From contig JBARIB010000697.1 of NCBI GenBank assembly GCA_049799535.1, positions 578 through 64,577 on the forward strand: a DNA stretch of 64,000 bases. Direction: 5' to 3'. Of the stretch, positions 18,437 to 28,658 are shown piece after piece. The stretch comes from Stellaceae bacterium (GTDB lineage: Bacteria > Pseudomonadota > Alphaproteobacteria > ATCC43930 > CGMCC-115725). The translations under genes were made by a program, and so were the position numbers. Within the stretch, counting starts at the first letter, position 1. Every line of letters begins with the position of its first letter. The notes below the pieces were generated by a model. The model did not search any database and was not told the origin of the DNA. It saw only the letters and a list, made by a program, of their open reading frames with translations.

Positions 18437-19991
18437 CTCTGGCGCATTGCGGCTCGAAACCGCTACCCCAATCTTTACCGGCCCGAACTGGGATTTCGGT
18501 GGGCTGCGGCGGGTCTATGACGCGGTTGAAAGGATCGCGCTGGACGAGCTCGGGCTCGATGTCTATCCCGTTCAAATCGAGGTGATCACCTCCGAGCAGA
18601 TGCTCGATGCCTACGCGTCGGTCGGCCTGCCGCTCATGTACCGACACTGGAGCTTTGGCAAACGTTTCGCGTTTCATGAGACCCTATATCGCAAAGGATT
18701 GCAGGGTCTTGCCTATGAGATCGTCATAAATTCCAATCCGTGCATCTGCTACATTATGGAGGAAAACTCCATGACCATGCAGACGCTCGTGATGGCGCAT
18801 GCGGCGTTTGGACATAACCATTTTTTCAAAAACAACTATTTGTTTAGACAGTGGACTGATGCAAACGGTATTCTCGATTACCTTAGCTTCGCGCGCGACT
18901 ACGTCCAGAAGTGCGAGGAACGGCACGGTACCGAAGCGGTCGAGCGAGTGCTGGATGCCGCCCATGCCTTAAAGGACCACGGCGTCAATCGGTATGCCCA
19001 TCGAACCAAGCCAAATCTGATTGAGGAACGGCGCCGGGCCGAGGAGTGGCGAGCGCATTTCGAGGCTACCTACAACGATTTGTGGCGTACCGTACCCGGC
19101 GCGGGCAAGGACAAGGAGGATCTCGGCGACGAGGAGGCGCGGGTTCAAGAGATCAAGCGCGAACTCGGTCTCCCCGAAGAAAATCTTCTTTACTTGATCG
19201 AGAAGCGCGCTCCTCGTCTTGAGGATTGGCAACGGGAGCTGGTAAGAATCGTCCGCTTGATCTCGCAATATTTTTATCCGCAAAAGCAGACCCAGATGAT
19301 GAACGAAGGTTGCGCGACATTCGTTCATTATGAGATCATGCGGCGACTGCATGATAAAGGGCTGATCACCGAAGGATCGATGCTCGAATTCCTGCACTCG
19401 CATTCGAGCGTCGTATTTCAGCCGGATTTCGACGACCCTCGGTTTAGCGGGCTCAATCCATATGCGCTCGGCTTCGCGATGATGAGCGACATCCACCGCA
19501 TCTGCGAGGAACCGACCGGTGAGGATGGCGAATGGTTTCCCGAGATCGCCGGCTCGGGAGACGGTTTTGCCGTGTTGCGGAATGCTTGGGCGAACTACCG
19601 CGACGAGAGCTTCGTATTACAATATCTGAGCCCGACTATCATCCGCCGATTCAAGCTCTTCCACGTATCCGACGATAGCACGAAACCAGCGCTCCGCGTT
19701 GAAGCGATCCATGACGATGTCGGCTATCGCAAGATCCGCGGCGCCTTGTCCCGGCAATATGATTTGTCCCGACGTGAGCCAGACATCCAGGTGGTCGATG
19801 TTGACCTCAGAGGCGACCGCTGCCTCGTGCTCGCCCACTACGTCCATAACAGTGTGCTGCTTGAGGAAAAAAGCTGCCGCGCCGTGATCCGCCACGCGGC
19901 GACTCTGTGGGGTTATTCTGTCAAGCTGCTTGAAATCGACGCCGCTTCGGACAAGACCCTGAAGACCTACGAGGTTGCGCCGCCCAGCTGA
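18423..19991 (+). CDS. SpoVR family protein
   Basis: A 522-aa protein with ...EIVINSNPCICYIMEENSMTMQTLVMAHAAFGHNHFFKNN..., which is typical SpoVR/YcgB. It overlaps the yeaH homologue by 14 nt. Confidence 0.9.
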   Translation: MSVPDSGALRLETATPIFTGPNWDFGGLRRVYDAVERIALDELGLDVYPVQIEVITSEQMLDAYASVGLPLMYRHWSFGKRFAFHETLYRKGLQGLAYEIVINSNPCICYIMEENSMTMQTLVMAHAAFGHNHFFKNNYLFRQWTDANGILDYLSFARDYVQKCEERHGTEAVERVLDAAHALKDHGVNRYAHRTKPNLIEERRRAEEWRAHFEATYNDLWRTVPGAGKDKEDLGDEEARVQEIKRELGLPEENLLYLIEKRAPRLEDWQRELVRIVRLISQYFYPQKQTQMMNEGCATFVHYEIMRRLHDKGLITEGSMLEFLHSHSSVVFQPDFDDPRFSGLNPYALGFAMMSDIHRICEEPTGEDGEWFPEIAGSGDGFAVLRNAWANYRDESFVLQYLSPTIIRRFKLFHVSDDSTKPALRVEAIHDDVGYRKIRGALSRQYDLSRREPDIQVVDVDLRGDRCLVLAHYVHNSVLLEEKSCRAVIRHAATLWGYSVKLLEIDAASDKTLKTYEVAPPS

Positions 19992-20042
19992 CGCACTTGT
20001 TCGAGTTCGGGGCGGGTTTAGCTGACCCCGACCATTCCTGAT

Positions 20043-21104
20043 ATGATGGTCCTCGGCATCGAAACGAGCTGCGATGAGACAGCCGCGGCTGTCGTTGAGA
20101 CAGCGCCGTCCGGTGCCATTATCCGCTCCAACTTGATCCAGGGGCAGGTCGCATTGCACATGCCCTATGGCGGGGTTGTTCCTGAAATCGCCGCTCGGGC
20201 GCACAACGAGCGTCTCCATCCTGTGATATCGGGCGCGCTGGAGGAGGCCGGTGCCTCGCTCGTCGAGATGGATGGCATAGCGGCCGCCGCTGGGCCGGGT
20301 CTGATCGGCGGGCTGATCGTCGGCACGATGGTTGCCAAGGGGTTGGCCTGGGCCGCGGGTAAGCCATTTCTCGCCGTCAATCATCTCGAAGGTCACGCGC
20401 TTACGGTCCGTATGACCACCGACGTAAACTTCCCTTATCTTTTGCTCCTAGTTTCCGGCGGCCATTGTCAGCTCCTCGTCTGTGCCGGTGTCGGCTGCTA
20501 TACCCGCCTTGGAACGACGCTCGATGACGCTGCGGGCGAAGCGTTAGACAAATCGGCGAAGCTCCTCGGTCTCGGCTATCCTGGAGGACCGGCGATCGAA
20601 CGGGTTGCAAGGAATGGAAATCCGTGCCGCTTTCCTCTGCCGCGCCCAATGAGAGGCAGGCCTGGTTGTGATTTCTCGTTTTCAGGTCTGAAGACCGCGG
20701 TGCGCCAGATCGTGGCTGACCGGAGCGATCTCACTCCGCGCGATAAGGCGGATCTGGCGGCATCGATTGAGCTCGCCATCTGCGAGACGCTTGCCGATCG
20801 CACACGGAATGCGATTACCTGGTTTCGCAGGCGATACCCGGCGGGAAACACGCTCGTTGCCGCCGGGGGAGTTGCTGCCAACGCCTGCTTGCGAGCACAT
20901 CTTAAGGCGCTCGCCAATGGCGCCGACCTTCGTTTTGTTTCGCCGCCGACGGAGTTGTGTACCGACAACGGCGCGATGATCGCTTGGGCTGGATTGGAGC
21001 GGCTCCGGCTGGGCCTTGTTGACGGGCTTGAGGCTCCCCTCCGACCACGTTGGCCTCTTGACGGTGGGGCGCCGCCGCGCCTAGGCGCGGGGGTCAAGGC
21101 GTGA
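20043..21104 (+). CDS. tsaD: tRNA N6-adenosine threonylcarbamoyltransferase TsaD
   Basis: It has MMVLGIETSCDETAAAVV..., the NHLEGHAL metal-binding motif and LLVSGGHC. Confidence 0.93.
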   Translation: MMVLGIETSCDETAAAVVETAPSGAIIRSNLIQGQVALHMPYGGVVPEIAARAHNERLHPVISGALEEAGASLVEMDGIAAAAGPGLIGGLIVGTMVAKGLAWAAGKPFLAVNHLEGHALTVRMTTDVNFPYLLLLVSGGHCQLLVCAGVGCYTRLGTTLDDAAGEALDKSAKLLGLGYPGGPAIERVARNGNPCRFPLPRPMRGRPGCDFSFSGLKTAVRQIVADRSDLTPRDKADLAASIELAICETLADRTRNAITWFRRRYPAGNTLVAAGGVAANACLRAHLKALANGADLRFVSPPTELCTDNGAMIAWAGLERLRLGLVDGLEAPLRPRWPLDGGAPPRLGAGVKA

Positions 21105-21108
21105 TTCG

Positions 21109-22098
21109 GTGAGGCGCCTGGCGATAATCGGGGGCGGCGCCTGGGGTACGGCGCTAGCGATGGTTGCTTGTCGCGCCGGTTTGGATCCGGTGATGTGGGC
21201 CCGCGACCCGGACGTGGTTGCGAAGATAAATCACGAACATCGAAATCCGCCCTTTCTTCCCGGAGTGAGCCTAGACCCGGCGATTAGCGCGACAACCGAT
21301 ATCGGGGCAGCGGTCGAAGGGGCTGATGCCGCGCTGCTCGTGGTTCCCGCGCAATTCCTGCGCGGCGTCCTCCACTCGCTCCGCGATCCTCTCCCACGCG
21401 GGCTGCCTTTATTGCATTGCGCCAAGGGAATCGAAGCCGATTCGCTGAGGACAGTATCGGAGGTTGCCTCCGAGGTCCTGCCGGATTGCCCTTTTGCAGT
21501 GCTATCGGGACCCACCTTCGCCGCCGAGGTGGCGCACAACCTTCCGACCGCGGTCACGATCGCCAGCGATGACGCGTCACTCGGCCGCGCCTTCATTGCT
21601 GCGCTTGGGAGCTCTCGGTTTCGGCCCTATCTGTCGGAGGACCCGATTGGCGTCGAAATCGGCGGCGCTGCGAAGAACGTAATCGCGATCGCTTGCGGGA
21701 TAGTCATGGGTCGTGCATTAGGTGACAATGCACGTGCCTCGGTGATTGCCCGTGGCCTCGCCGAGATCACCCGACTTGGCATAGCCAAAGGGGGGCACGA
21801 CGAGACTTTCCGCGGGCTCTCCGGGCTCGGCGATCTCGTATTGACTTGTACCTCGGCCCAGTCGCGCAATTACACCCTGGGCCTTGCACTTGGCCGCGGG
21901 CGGAGCTTCGATGACTCCGTCCATGGCAGTCGCTCGGTTATCGAGGGTATCGCCACAGCATCTGCGGTCGTGCGCTTGGCGGGGCGACTGGGGATCGAGG
22001 TGCCGATAGCTGACGCCGTCGACGCGCTGCTCTACCGAGGCCATTCGATAGATGGAATGATCGATATGCTGATGCGGCGACCTTTTCGCGCCGAATGA
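21109..22098 (+). CDS. gpsA: NAD(P)H-dependent glycerol-3-phosphate dehydrogenase
   Basis: It has the LAIIGGGAWGTALA NAD-binding motif, then ...GPTFAAEVA...GGAAKNVIAIACG.... The start is GTG. Confidence 0.92.
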   Translation: MRRLAIIGGGAWGTALAMVACRAGLDPVMWARDPDVVAKINHEHRNPPFLPGVSLDPAISATTDIGAAVEGADAALLVVPAQFLRGVLHSLRDPLPRGLPLLHCAKGIEADSLRTVSEVASEVLPDCPFAVLSGPTFAAEVAHNLPTAVTIASDDASLGRAFIAALGSSRFRPYLSEDPIGVEIGGAAKNVIAIACGIVMGRALGDNARASVIARGLAEITRLGIAKGGHDETFRGLSGLGDLVLTCTSAQSRNYTLGLALGRGRSFDDSVHGSRSVIEGIATASAVVRLAGRLGIEVPIADAVDALLYRGHSIDGMIDMLMRRPFRAE

Positions 22099-22212
22099 CC
22101 CAAACCAAGCCGGACACCCGAGGTGGGCGGGTTGCCGAGACCAAAAACACTTTTCTGGGCTGAGCAAAAGCCAATATCTTATGAGCGGGCAGCTTCACCA
22201 GCTCGGAATATC

Positions 22213-22539
22213 ATGAGCGACAACGGAAAGCGCGGGGAAGAAGGACCGGGTACGGGTGTCGTCGTTAAGGCGAAGCCGAAGACGAAGAAGCCCTCCATGT
22301 ATAAGGTATTGATGCTGAATGACGACTACACTCCGATGGAATTTGTCGTCCACATTCTCGAGCGGTTCTTCAATAAGAGCCGGCAGGAGGCGACCCGGAT
22401 CATGCTTCATGTACACCGCCGCGGGGTCGGGATCTGTGGCGTTTATACCTACGAAGTTGCCGAGACAAAGGTGACCCAGGTCATGGATTTTGCCCGGCAG
22501 CATCAGCATCCGCTCCAGTGCACTCTGGAAAAGGACTAA
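22213..22539 (+). CDS. clpS: ATP-dependent Clp protease adaptor ClpS
   Basis: The core [27 protein letters not shown]...[19 protein letters not shown] is typical ClpS. I chose the internal ATG at 22213. Confidence 0.92.
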   Translation: MSDNGKRGEEGPGTGVVVKAKPKTKKPSMYKVLMLNDDYTPMEFVVHILERFFNKSRQEATRIMLHVHRRGVGICGVYTYEVAETKVTQVMDFARQHQHPLQCTLEKD

Positions 22540-22564
22540 GTTCGGTAAGGAAGGACAGGCGCGC

Positions 22565-24865
22565 GTGCTGTCACGCAATCTCGAAAAATCGCTGCATCGG
22601 GCGCTCGCCAACGCCAACGAGCGCCATCACGAATATGCCACCCTCGAACATTTGCTGCTGGCGCTTACCGAGGATCAAGACGCGGTCGCGGTGTTGCGCG
22701 CGTGCAGCGTTGACCTCGATCGCCTTCGCCGAGAAGTATTAAACTACGTTGACAACGAGCTCGCCAATTTGGTCGCCACCCATGCCGACGACGCCAAGCC
22801 GACAGCGAGCTTCCAACGTGTCTTGCAGCGAGCCGCCATCCACGTCCAATCTTCGGGTCGCGAAGAGGTGACCGGCGCAAACGTGCTGGTCGCGATGTTC
22901 GCGGAGCGAGAAAGCCATGCGGTCTATTTTCTGCAAGAGCAGGACATGACCCGGTTCGACGCGGTCAACTACATTTCGCATGGCATCGCCAAGGCGCCCG
23001 GGCGCTCCGAAACGCGCCGTGTCCAGGGAGCCGATGAGGAGGATCGCAACGAAAAGTCGCAAAAGCGTAATCACGATGCCCTCGACGCCTATTGTGTGAA
23101 CCTAAATAAGAAGGCCAAGGGCGGCAAAATCGATCCGCTGATCGGTCGTGAGGCGGAGGTCGAGCGGACCATCCAGATCTTGTGCCGTCGGGCAAAAAAC
23201 AATCCGCTTTATGTTGGTGATCCGGGTGTCGGGAAGACGGCGATCGCGGAGGGTCTGGCGCGCCGGATTGTGCAACGCGAAGTGCCCGAAGTGCTCCTTA
23301 ATGCGACTATCTACGCGCTCGATATGGGGGCGCTGCTCGCCGGCACGCGTTACCGCGGCGATTTCGAAGAACGCCTGAAGGGGGTGCTATCGGAACTGGA
23401 ATCGCAGCCCGGCGCGATCCTGTTCATCGACGAGATTCATACCGTAATCGGGGCCGGCGCGACCAGCGGCGGGGCAATGGACGCCTCCAATTTACTGAAG
23501 CCAGCGCTGGCAGGTGGTGTAATCCGCTGCATAGGCTCGACCACTTACAAAGAATACCGGAATTATTTTGAAAAAGATCGGGCGCTCGTTCGCCGGTTCC
23601 AGAAGATCGACGTCAATGAGCCGACGGTAGAGGACTCGGTCAAGATTTTGCGAGGTCTAAAACCTTATTACGAGCGGCACCACAAGGTGCGTTACACGAA
23701 CGATGCGTTACGCGCCGCTGTGGAGCTCTCGCATCGCTACATCGGCGATCGCAAACTTCCCGACAAGGCGATCGACGTTATCGACGAGACCGGCGCGGCC
23801 CAGATGCTGGTGCCTGAGAACCGGCGCCGTAAGACGATAACTGCGCGGGAAATAGAGGCCGTTATTGCGACAATGGCGCGGATTCCGCCCAAGAGTGTTT
23901 CGCGTGACGATCGCGAGGTGTTGAAGAACCTGCAACGCGATCTGAAAACAATGGTTTTCGGTCAGGATCAGGCGATCGAGGCGCTCGTATCCGCGATAAA
24001 ATTGGCGCGAGCCGGTCTGCGCGATCCTGAGAAACCGATCGGCAGTTATCTGTTCTCAGGCCCGACTGGCGTCGGTAAGACGGAAGTGGCGCGGCAACTT
24101 GCTCGCACGCTCGGCATCGAAATTACCCGCTTCGACATGTCTGAGTATATGGAGCGGCATACGGTCTCGCGGTTGATTGGCGCGCCGCCCGGTTACGTCG
24201 GATTCGACCAGGGCGGACTGTTGACCGACGCCATCGATCAGCACCCGCACAGCGTCCTACTGCTCGACGAGATCGAGAAGGCGCATCCCGACCTGTTCAA
24301 CATCCTGTTACAGGTAATGGATTACGGGAAGTTAACCGATCACAACGGCAAGACCGTCGACTTCCGAAACGTGATCTTGATCATGACGACCAACGCAGGC
24401 GCGTGGGACTTGGCAAAACCGGCGATCGGATTTGGCAGCGGAGTGCGCGAAGGCGACGATCAGGAAGCGATCAACCGAATGTTCACGCCGGAATTCCGGA
24501 ACCGGCTCGATGCGGTCATCTCCTTTGCCCCCCTGTCCACTGAGACGATCGGCCGGGTCGTCGATAAGTTCGTGCTGCAGCTTGAAGAGCAGCTCGCCGA
24601 CCGTAACGTCACGATTGAGCTCGATGACGAGGCAAGGGCCTGGCTTGCCGAGAAGGGTTACGACCGTCTCTTCGGCGCACGCCCGCTCGCCCGTATAATC
24701 CAAGAGCACATCAAGAAGCCGCTCGCCGAAGAGCTGCTTTTCGGGCGGCTGGCGAAAGGGGGAATCGTCCGGGTCACGTGCAACCGAGAGGAGGACAAGC
24801 TCTCCTTCTCCTATGAGGAGCGTCCCTCCGAGCCGGCCCAGAAGGAGCCCGAACTGGTCGAATAA
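22565..24865 (+). CDS. clpA: ATP-dependent Clp protease ATP-binding subunit ClpA
   Basis: It has a Clp N-domain and two AAA modules (GDPGVGKTAI and GPTGVGKTEVA). GTG 22565 gives VLSRNLEKSLHRA..., a typical ClpA N-terminus. Confidence 0.93.
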   Translation: MLSRNLEKSLHRALANANERHHEYATLEHLLLALTEDQDAVAVLRACSVDLDRLRREVLNYVDNELANLVATHADDAKPTASFQRVLQRAAIHVQSSGREEVTGANVLVAMFAERESHAVYFLQEQDMTRFDAVNYISHGIAKAPGRSETRRVQGADEEDRNEKSQKRNHDALDAYCVNLNKKAKGGKIDPLIGREAEVERTIQILCRRAKNNPLYVGDPGVGKTAIAEGLARRIVQREVPEVLLNATIYALDMGALLAGTRYRGDFEERLKGVLSELESQPGAILFIDEIHTVIGAGATSGGAMDASNLLKPALAGGVIRCIGSTTYKEYRNYFEKDRALVRRFQKIDVNEPTVEDSVKILRGLKPYYERHHKVRYTNDALRAAVELSHRYIGDRKLPDKAIDVIDETGAAQMLVPENRRRKTITAREIEAVIATMARIPPKSVSRDDREVLKNLQRDLKTMVFGQDQAIEALVSAIKLARAGLRDPEKPIGSYLFSGPTGVGKTEVARQLARTLGIEITRFDMSEYMERHTVSRLIGAPPGYVGFDQGGLLTDAIDQHPHSVLLLDEIEKAHPDLFNILLQVMDYGKLTDHNGKTVDFRNVILIMTTNAGAWDLAKPAIGFGSGVREGDDQEAINRMFTPEFRNRLDAVISFAPLSTETIGRVVDKFVLQLEEQLADRNVTIELDDEARAWLAEKGYDRLFGARPLARIIQEHIKKPLAEELLFGRLAKGGIVRVTCNREEDKLSFSYEERPSEPAQKEPELVE

Positions 24866-24874
24866 CGGGACCCG

Positions 24875-26113
24875 CTAACCGGCGTCTAGTCGCGGCGAAG
24901 AGCACGAAGGATCTTCCTGCTTGAACGGCGAGAACTCCGCCAATCCTTCCATCTTGCGCTCGATCATTTGCCGTTCGCGCTCGAGGAACTGGGCAACGGC
25001 GCGACGGAAGGCCGGATCGGGGATCCAGTGGGCACTATAGGTCGGTACCGGTAGGTAGCCGCGTTGGATCTTGTGCGGGCCCTGGGCCCCGGCCTCGACG
25101 TATTTGAGGCCCCGCACGATCGCGAACTCGATCGCCTGGTAATAACAGCATTCGAAATGAAGGAACTTGTAATCGCCGTAGCTGCCCCAGTTCCGGCCGT
25201 AAATCGTCTCCTTGCCGAGCAGGTTGAAAGCACCGGCGACATAGGTGGTACCGCGCCGGGCCATGACGAGGACGATCTTTTCTGGCATTCGCTCGCCGAT
25301 CATCGCAAAGAAACGGCGATTGAGGTAAGCTGAGCCCCACTTGCGGTCCGAAGTGGCGAGGTAGAAGTCGAAGAACGCGTCCCAATGACGCGGCTTCAGA
25401 TCGGACCCAGTCAACACTTCGATATCGAGATCTCGGGCGAGCGCTTCACGCCGCTCTTTTTTGACAGCTTTGCGCTTCCGCGAATTCAACGCCTCGAGGA
25501 AATCTTCAAAGTCCCGGTATCCCGCATTCTGCCAATGGAATTGCTGACCGAGGCGCAGCAGGAACCCTGAGTTGGCGAGCGTCTCTGCATCGGCAGCGTC
25601 GGGGAAATTCACATGCAATGATGAAATTCCGCGCCGCTTCGTGAATTCAACCATCCCGGCGAGCAGATGTTCGCGAGCTTCGGCGGGAACGCCGGCGCGA
25701 AGCATCAAGCGCGGACCCGGGACCGGGGTGAACGGCACCGCTGATAAAAATTTGGGGTAATAACGCCGCCCCGCGCGTTCATAGGCGTCGGCCCATCCGT
25801 AATCAAAAATATATTCGCCATAAGAATGGGTCTTTGCGTAGAGCGGGACCGCACCTACGATTTCGCCTTCAGAACCAGCGAGCGACAAATGTTGCGGCGT
25901 CCAGCCGGTACGTGGAGCCGCAGAGCCGCTTTCCTCCAGCGCGTTTAAAAACGTATGCGAGACGGTTGGATTGACATCGCCCGCGCAGGCATCCCATTCA
26001 GCGGCCGGAATTTCAGAGATCGCTGAATGGACCCGCACCGTGACTATCTCGGGGCTGGTGTCGTTCATCGCCGATGCGAGGCCAGGTTTATCAAAAGATC
26101 CATTACCAACCAC
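24875..26113 (-). CDS. DUF482 / FemAB-like GNAT-fold protein
   Basis: ...YGEYIFDYGWADAYERAGRRYYPKFLSAVPFTPVPGPRL... matches the conserved family usually annotated as GNAT N-acetyltransferase (PF04339-type, from memory). The start could instead be the Met at 26068. Confidence 0.7.
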   Translation of the reverse strand: MVGNGSFDKPGLASAMNDTSPEIVTVRVHSAISEIPAAEWDACAGDVNPTVSHTFLNALEESGSAAPRTGWTPQHLSLAGSEGEIVGAVPLYAKTHSYGEYIFDYGWADAYERAGRRYYPKFLSAVPFTPVPGPRLMLRAGVPAEAREHLLAGMVEFTKRRGISSLHVNFPDAADAETLANSGFLLRLGQQFHWQNAGYRDFEDFLEALNSRKRKAVKKERREALARDLDIEVLTGSDLKPRHWDAFFDFYLATSDRKWGSAYLNRRFFAMIGERMPEKIVLVMARRGTTYVAGAFNLLGKETIYGRNWGSYGDYKFLHFECCYYQAIEFAIVRGLKYVEAGAQGPHKIQRGYLPVPTYSAHWIPDPAFRRAVAQFLERERQMIERKMEGLAEFSPFKQEDPSCSSPRLDAG

Positions 26114-26258
26114 TTAATCATGGTAAACTCGCCCGTTGCGACCGCTGACCCGCTGACTTTCATGCGCCCAACATAAGCTTAGCTCCGTCTCTGTCCAGCG
26201 CCGCGAAACTGCCCCATTGATCGCTCAAAAATCTCGCAGCCGCGGGAGACTAAGGCTC

Positions 26259-26888
26259 ATGTTCCGATTTGCGATGATTGTTTTCTCGCTGGCAATGGTA
26301 CCGCTAGCCACCGGACCGGTTTCAGCCGAGACCTTTGGTGATGCTAGTGTTGGCTTCAGCGCCGACCGGGTCCTAGTCGTCAACGGTCAGACTTACGTCG
26401 GCAAAATCTGGCACACGCCTGGCGCGCAGCGCCATGAACAGGCTCTCGGGGCGATGAAGCCGGTGTTAGTTTTGCACGCCGGCAGCGCAGTCGGCGAGAT
26501 TGTCCTGCCACAACTGCATACAGTCCTCGAACTCACGCTACCTAAGGAGTTGTCGCTTCTGACCGATCCAGATGTTCTTCGCAAAACGGCCGTCCAGGAA
26601 ACCATCAACGGGATCGTTACCACAAGGTATGTCGTGGGTGGAGACACGAGCGGGAACCGTGCGACAGGCTCAGTATGGCTCAGCGATGATGGCATTCCGA
26701 TAAAAGGTGACGCGAAACTCGAGGCTCCCGACGGAAAAACCTCGACGCTGCGCTGGGAGCTCCGTCACGTGATGATCGGCAAGCAAGACCCGGCGCTGTT
26801 CGAGGTGCCACCGGGATACACCAAACTTCCGCCAGAAGCGGCGGGCCCCCTCCTAGGGATCCATATCGCACGGCACCAGGCGCCCTGA
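26259..26888 (+). CDS. exported hypothetical protein (LolA/DUF4412-like impression only)
   Basis: It has the signal peptide MFRFAMIVFSLAMVPLATGPVSA|ETF. The body is beta-rich and ends in ...FEVPPGYTKLP, a motif seen in LolA-fold/DUF4412 proteins. The family call is weak. Confidence 0.55.
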   Translation: MFRFAMIVFSLAMVPLATGPVSAETFGDASVGFSADRVLVVNGQTYVGKIWHTPGAQRHEQALGAMKPVLVLHAGSAVGEIVLPQLHTVLELTLPKELSLLTDPDVLRKTAVQETINGIVTTRYVVGGDTSGNRATGSVWLSDDGIPIKGDAKLEAPDGKTSTLRWELRHVMIGKQDPALFEVPPGYTKLPPEAAGPLLGIHIARHQAP

Positions 26889-27033
26889 AACCCGTCCTTC
26901 CCCCCGGCGCAGATTAACCTCGATTTCGGAAGCTGTGGCCGGCATTTGGGAGCCCGGGAGATTGACCAGTAAACTGTGTAGCGCCCGCCACTTCGCTAAC
27001 TGACGCACCTTATTTTACCTTCTCTCATCTAGA

Positions 27034-28530
27034 ATGAACAAAATCCGAGGGGCGACCGCTGCTTATTTAGCGGCTCTTATTGCTATAGTTACGGTATTTG
27101 TAGTTCTCATCCTGGATGAGAGTCTTTCATCCATCACTTATTTTTTTGAAAGAAACTACAACGAAGGGTGGAACGTCTATAACGCTGCAAGGATGATCAA
27201 TCACGAGCTGATCTACGATGGCAATCATTGGAGAGTTAACAATTACCCCATAGGCTCGTTTCTGCTGGTCGCCGCCGTCAATCTGATCGTCAACGATCTC
27301 CTGTTGAGCGGGCGAATCATCGCGCTGCTATCTTTCGTGGCCGTGGGTTTCTTGGCGGCGGTCGCGACCCGCCGCTTTGGCGGCGATCTCGTCGACGCGG
27401 AATTTGGCGGCGGCTGCGCCTTTGCGTTTTGCTATTTGATCGCGCCGGCCTGGGTCGCGGTGGACGATCCGCAGACTCTTGGCGAAGCGGTCATGCTTGG
27501 TGGCCTCGTCAGCTATTTTGCGGGCTCGCCGGAACGACGTGCCCTGTTTCGCACTGCTCTCTTCATCGTGCTCGCCCTGTTTGTCAAACACAACCTCGTG
27601 GCGATTCCTATTGTTATTACGCTTGATTTGGCGATCCGCTCGCCACGGCTGCTGCCAATTTGGTTAGCCTACTGTACCGGTCTGGTTGCGGGTTTTCTGG
27701 GTGTTACGGAACTCCTCGCCGGCGGCGCTTTCATAGATCATCTGCTGTCACCGCGTGTTTTTAGTTGGCATGGCAGCCGCTATCACCTGATGAAGTACTT
27801 GCGTTTATTCAAGTTTCCACTGCTCGGAATTGTCTTGAGCGCGCGGCCGCTCTTCTCCGGCCGGCGCTTCTTTCTGGCTGCCTGGGGTATCACGTCGATC
27901 GCCCTCGCAACCCTACTTTCCGGGTTCGAAGGAACATCTTACAATATGTTCCAGGACGCGGCGGTTTTCCTTGGAGTCACTTCGGGAGTCCTGTTAAGCG
28001 AATTGCGCAAGCTCCGAATCGATAACGCAAATATCCGGGACCCGCTGGCCAAACTCACAGCAGTCGTGCTACCGATTCTTGTCACCCAACCGGTCTGGGC
28101 GAGGCTTCCGGAAACCTTAGTTAAGTTAGTTCATCCAAGCCGCATTTTTGAACTTAATCACCAAGCGGAAAGAACGTTTCTGGCTGATGCCCGGTATATC
28201 TCTGCAAGAGGCGGGTCGGCATTTTGCGAAAGTTTACTATTGTGCTATGCAGCTGGGCAGCCCTTTATTTTAGACCCCTTCAACTCGCGGCAATATATTT
28301 TAGCCGGCAGACTTGACGAGGGTGAGTTGATCCAGCGTATCGCCGCTCATGAATTTGCGACGATTCAGGTTCGCGCGGATATCTGTGATGATCCGGCGAC
28401 TGCCCAATGTCATATCTTGCATTATCCACAGAAGGTGAATCGGTTCACGGATAACACACTCTATGCGATAGACCTTTATTATCGAATCGATCGGCGCTCA
28501 CGATATGGCGCTTTTTACGTCCCGAGATAG
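27034..28530 (+). CDS. large polytopic membrane protein, GT-C-type glycosyltransferase-like (function unproven)
   Basis: A 498-aa protein with about 11 hydrophobic segments in the first ~340 aa. An acidic LILDES motif follows TM1. The ~150-aa C-terminal soluble domain contains 4 Cys. The 5' end is visibly AT-richer than neighbouring genes. Confidence 0.5.
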   Translation: MNKIRGATAAYLAALIAIVTVFVVLILDESLSSITYFFERNYNEGWNVYNAARMINHELIYDGNHWRVNNYPIGSFLLVAAVNLIVNDLLLSGRIIALLSFVAVGFLAAVATRRFGGDLVDAEFGGGCAFAFCYLIAPAWVAVDDPQTLGEAVMLGGLVSYFAGSPERRALFRTALFIVLALFVKHNLVAIPIVITLDLAIRSPRLLPIWLAYCTGLVAGFLGVTELLAGGAFIDHLLSPRVFSWHGSRYHLMKYLRLFKFPLLGIVLSARPLFSGRRFFLAAWGITSIALATLLSGFEGTSYNMFQDAAVFLGVTSGVLLSELRKLRIDNANIRDPLAKLTAVVLPILVTQPVWARLPETLVKLVHPSRIFELNHQAERTFLADARYISARGGSAFCESLLLCYAAGQPFILDPFNSRQYILAGRLDEGELIQRIAAHEFATIQVRADICDDPATAQCHILHYPQKVNRFTDNTLYAIDLYYRIDRRSRYGAFYVPR

Positions 28531-28658
28531 AGCGGGTCGAGCTGATGATTTCGCTCTTGCCATCGCAAAATCTAGCGTGGTCCAGACCGCGCCGCCGCCC
28601 GGTTGCGACTGGTGGCAGCCGACGATAGGTTTAGCGCGAACTGACCGGACACAACTGC

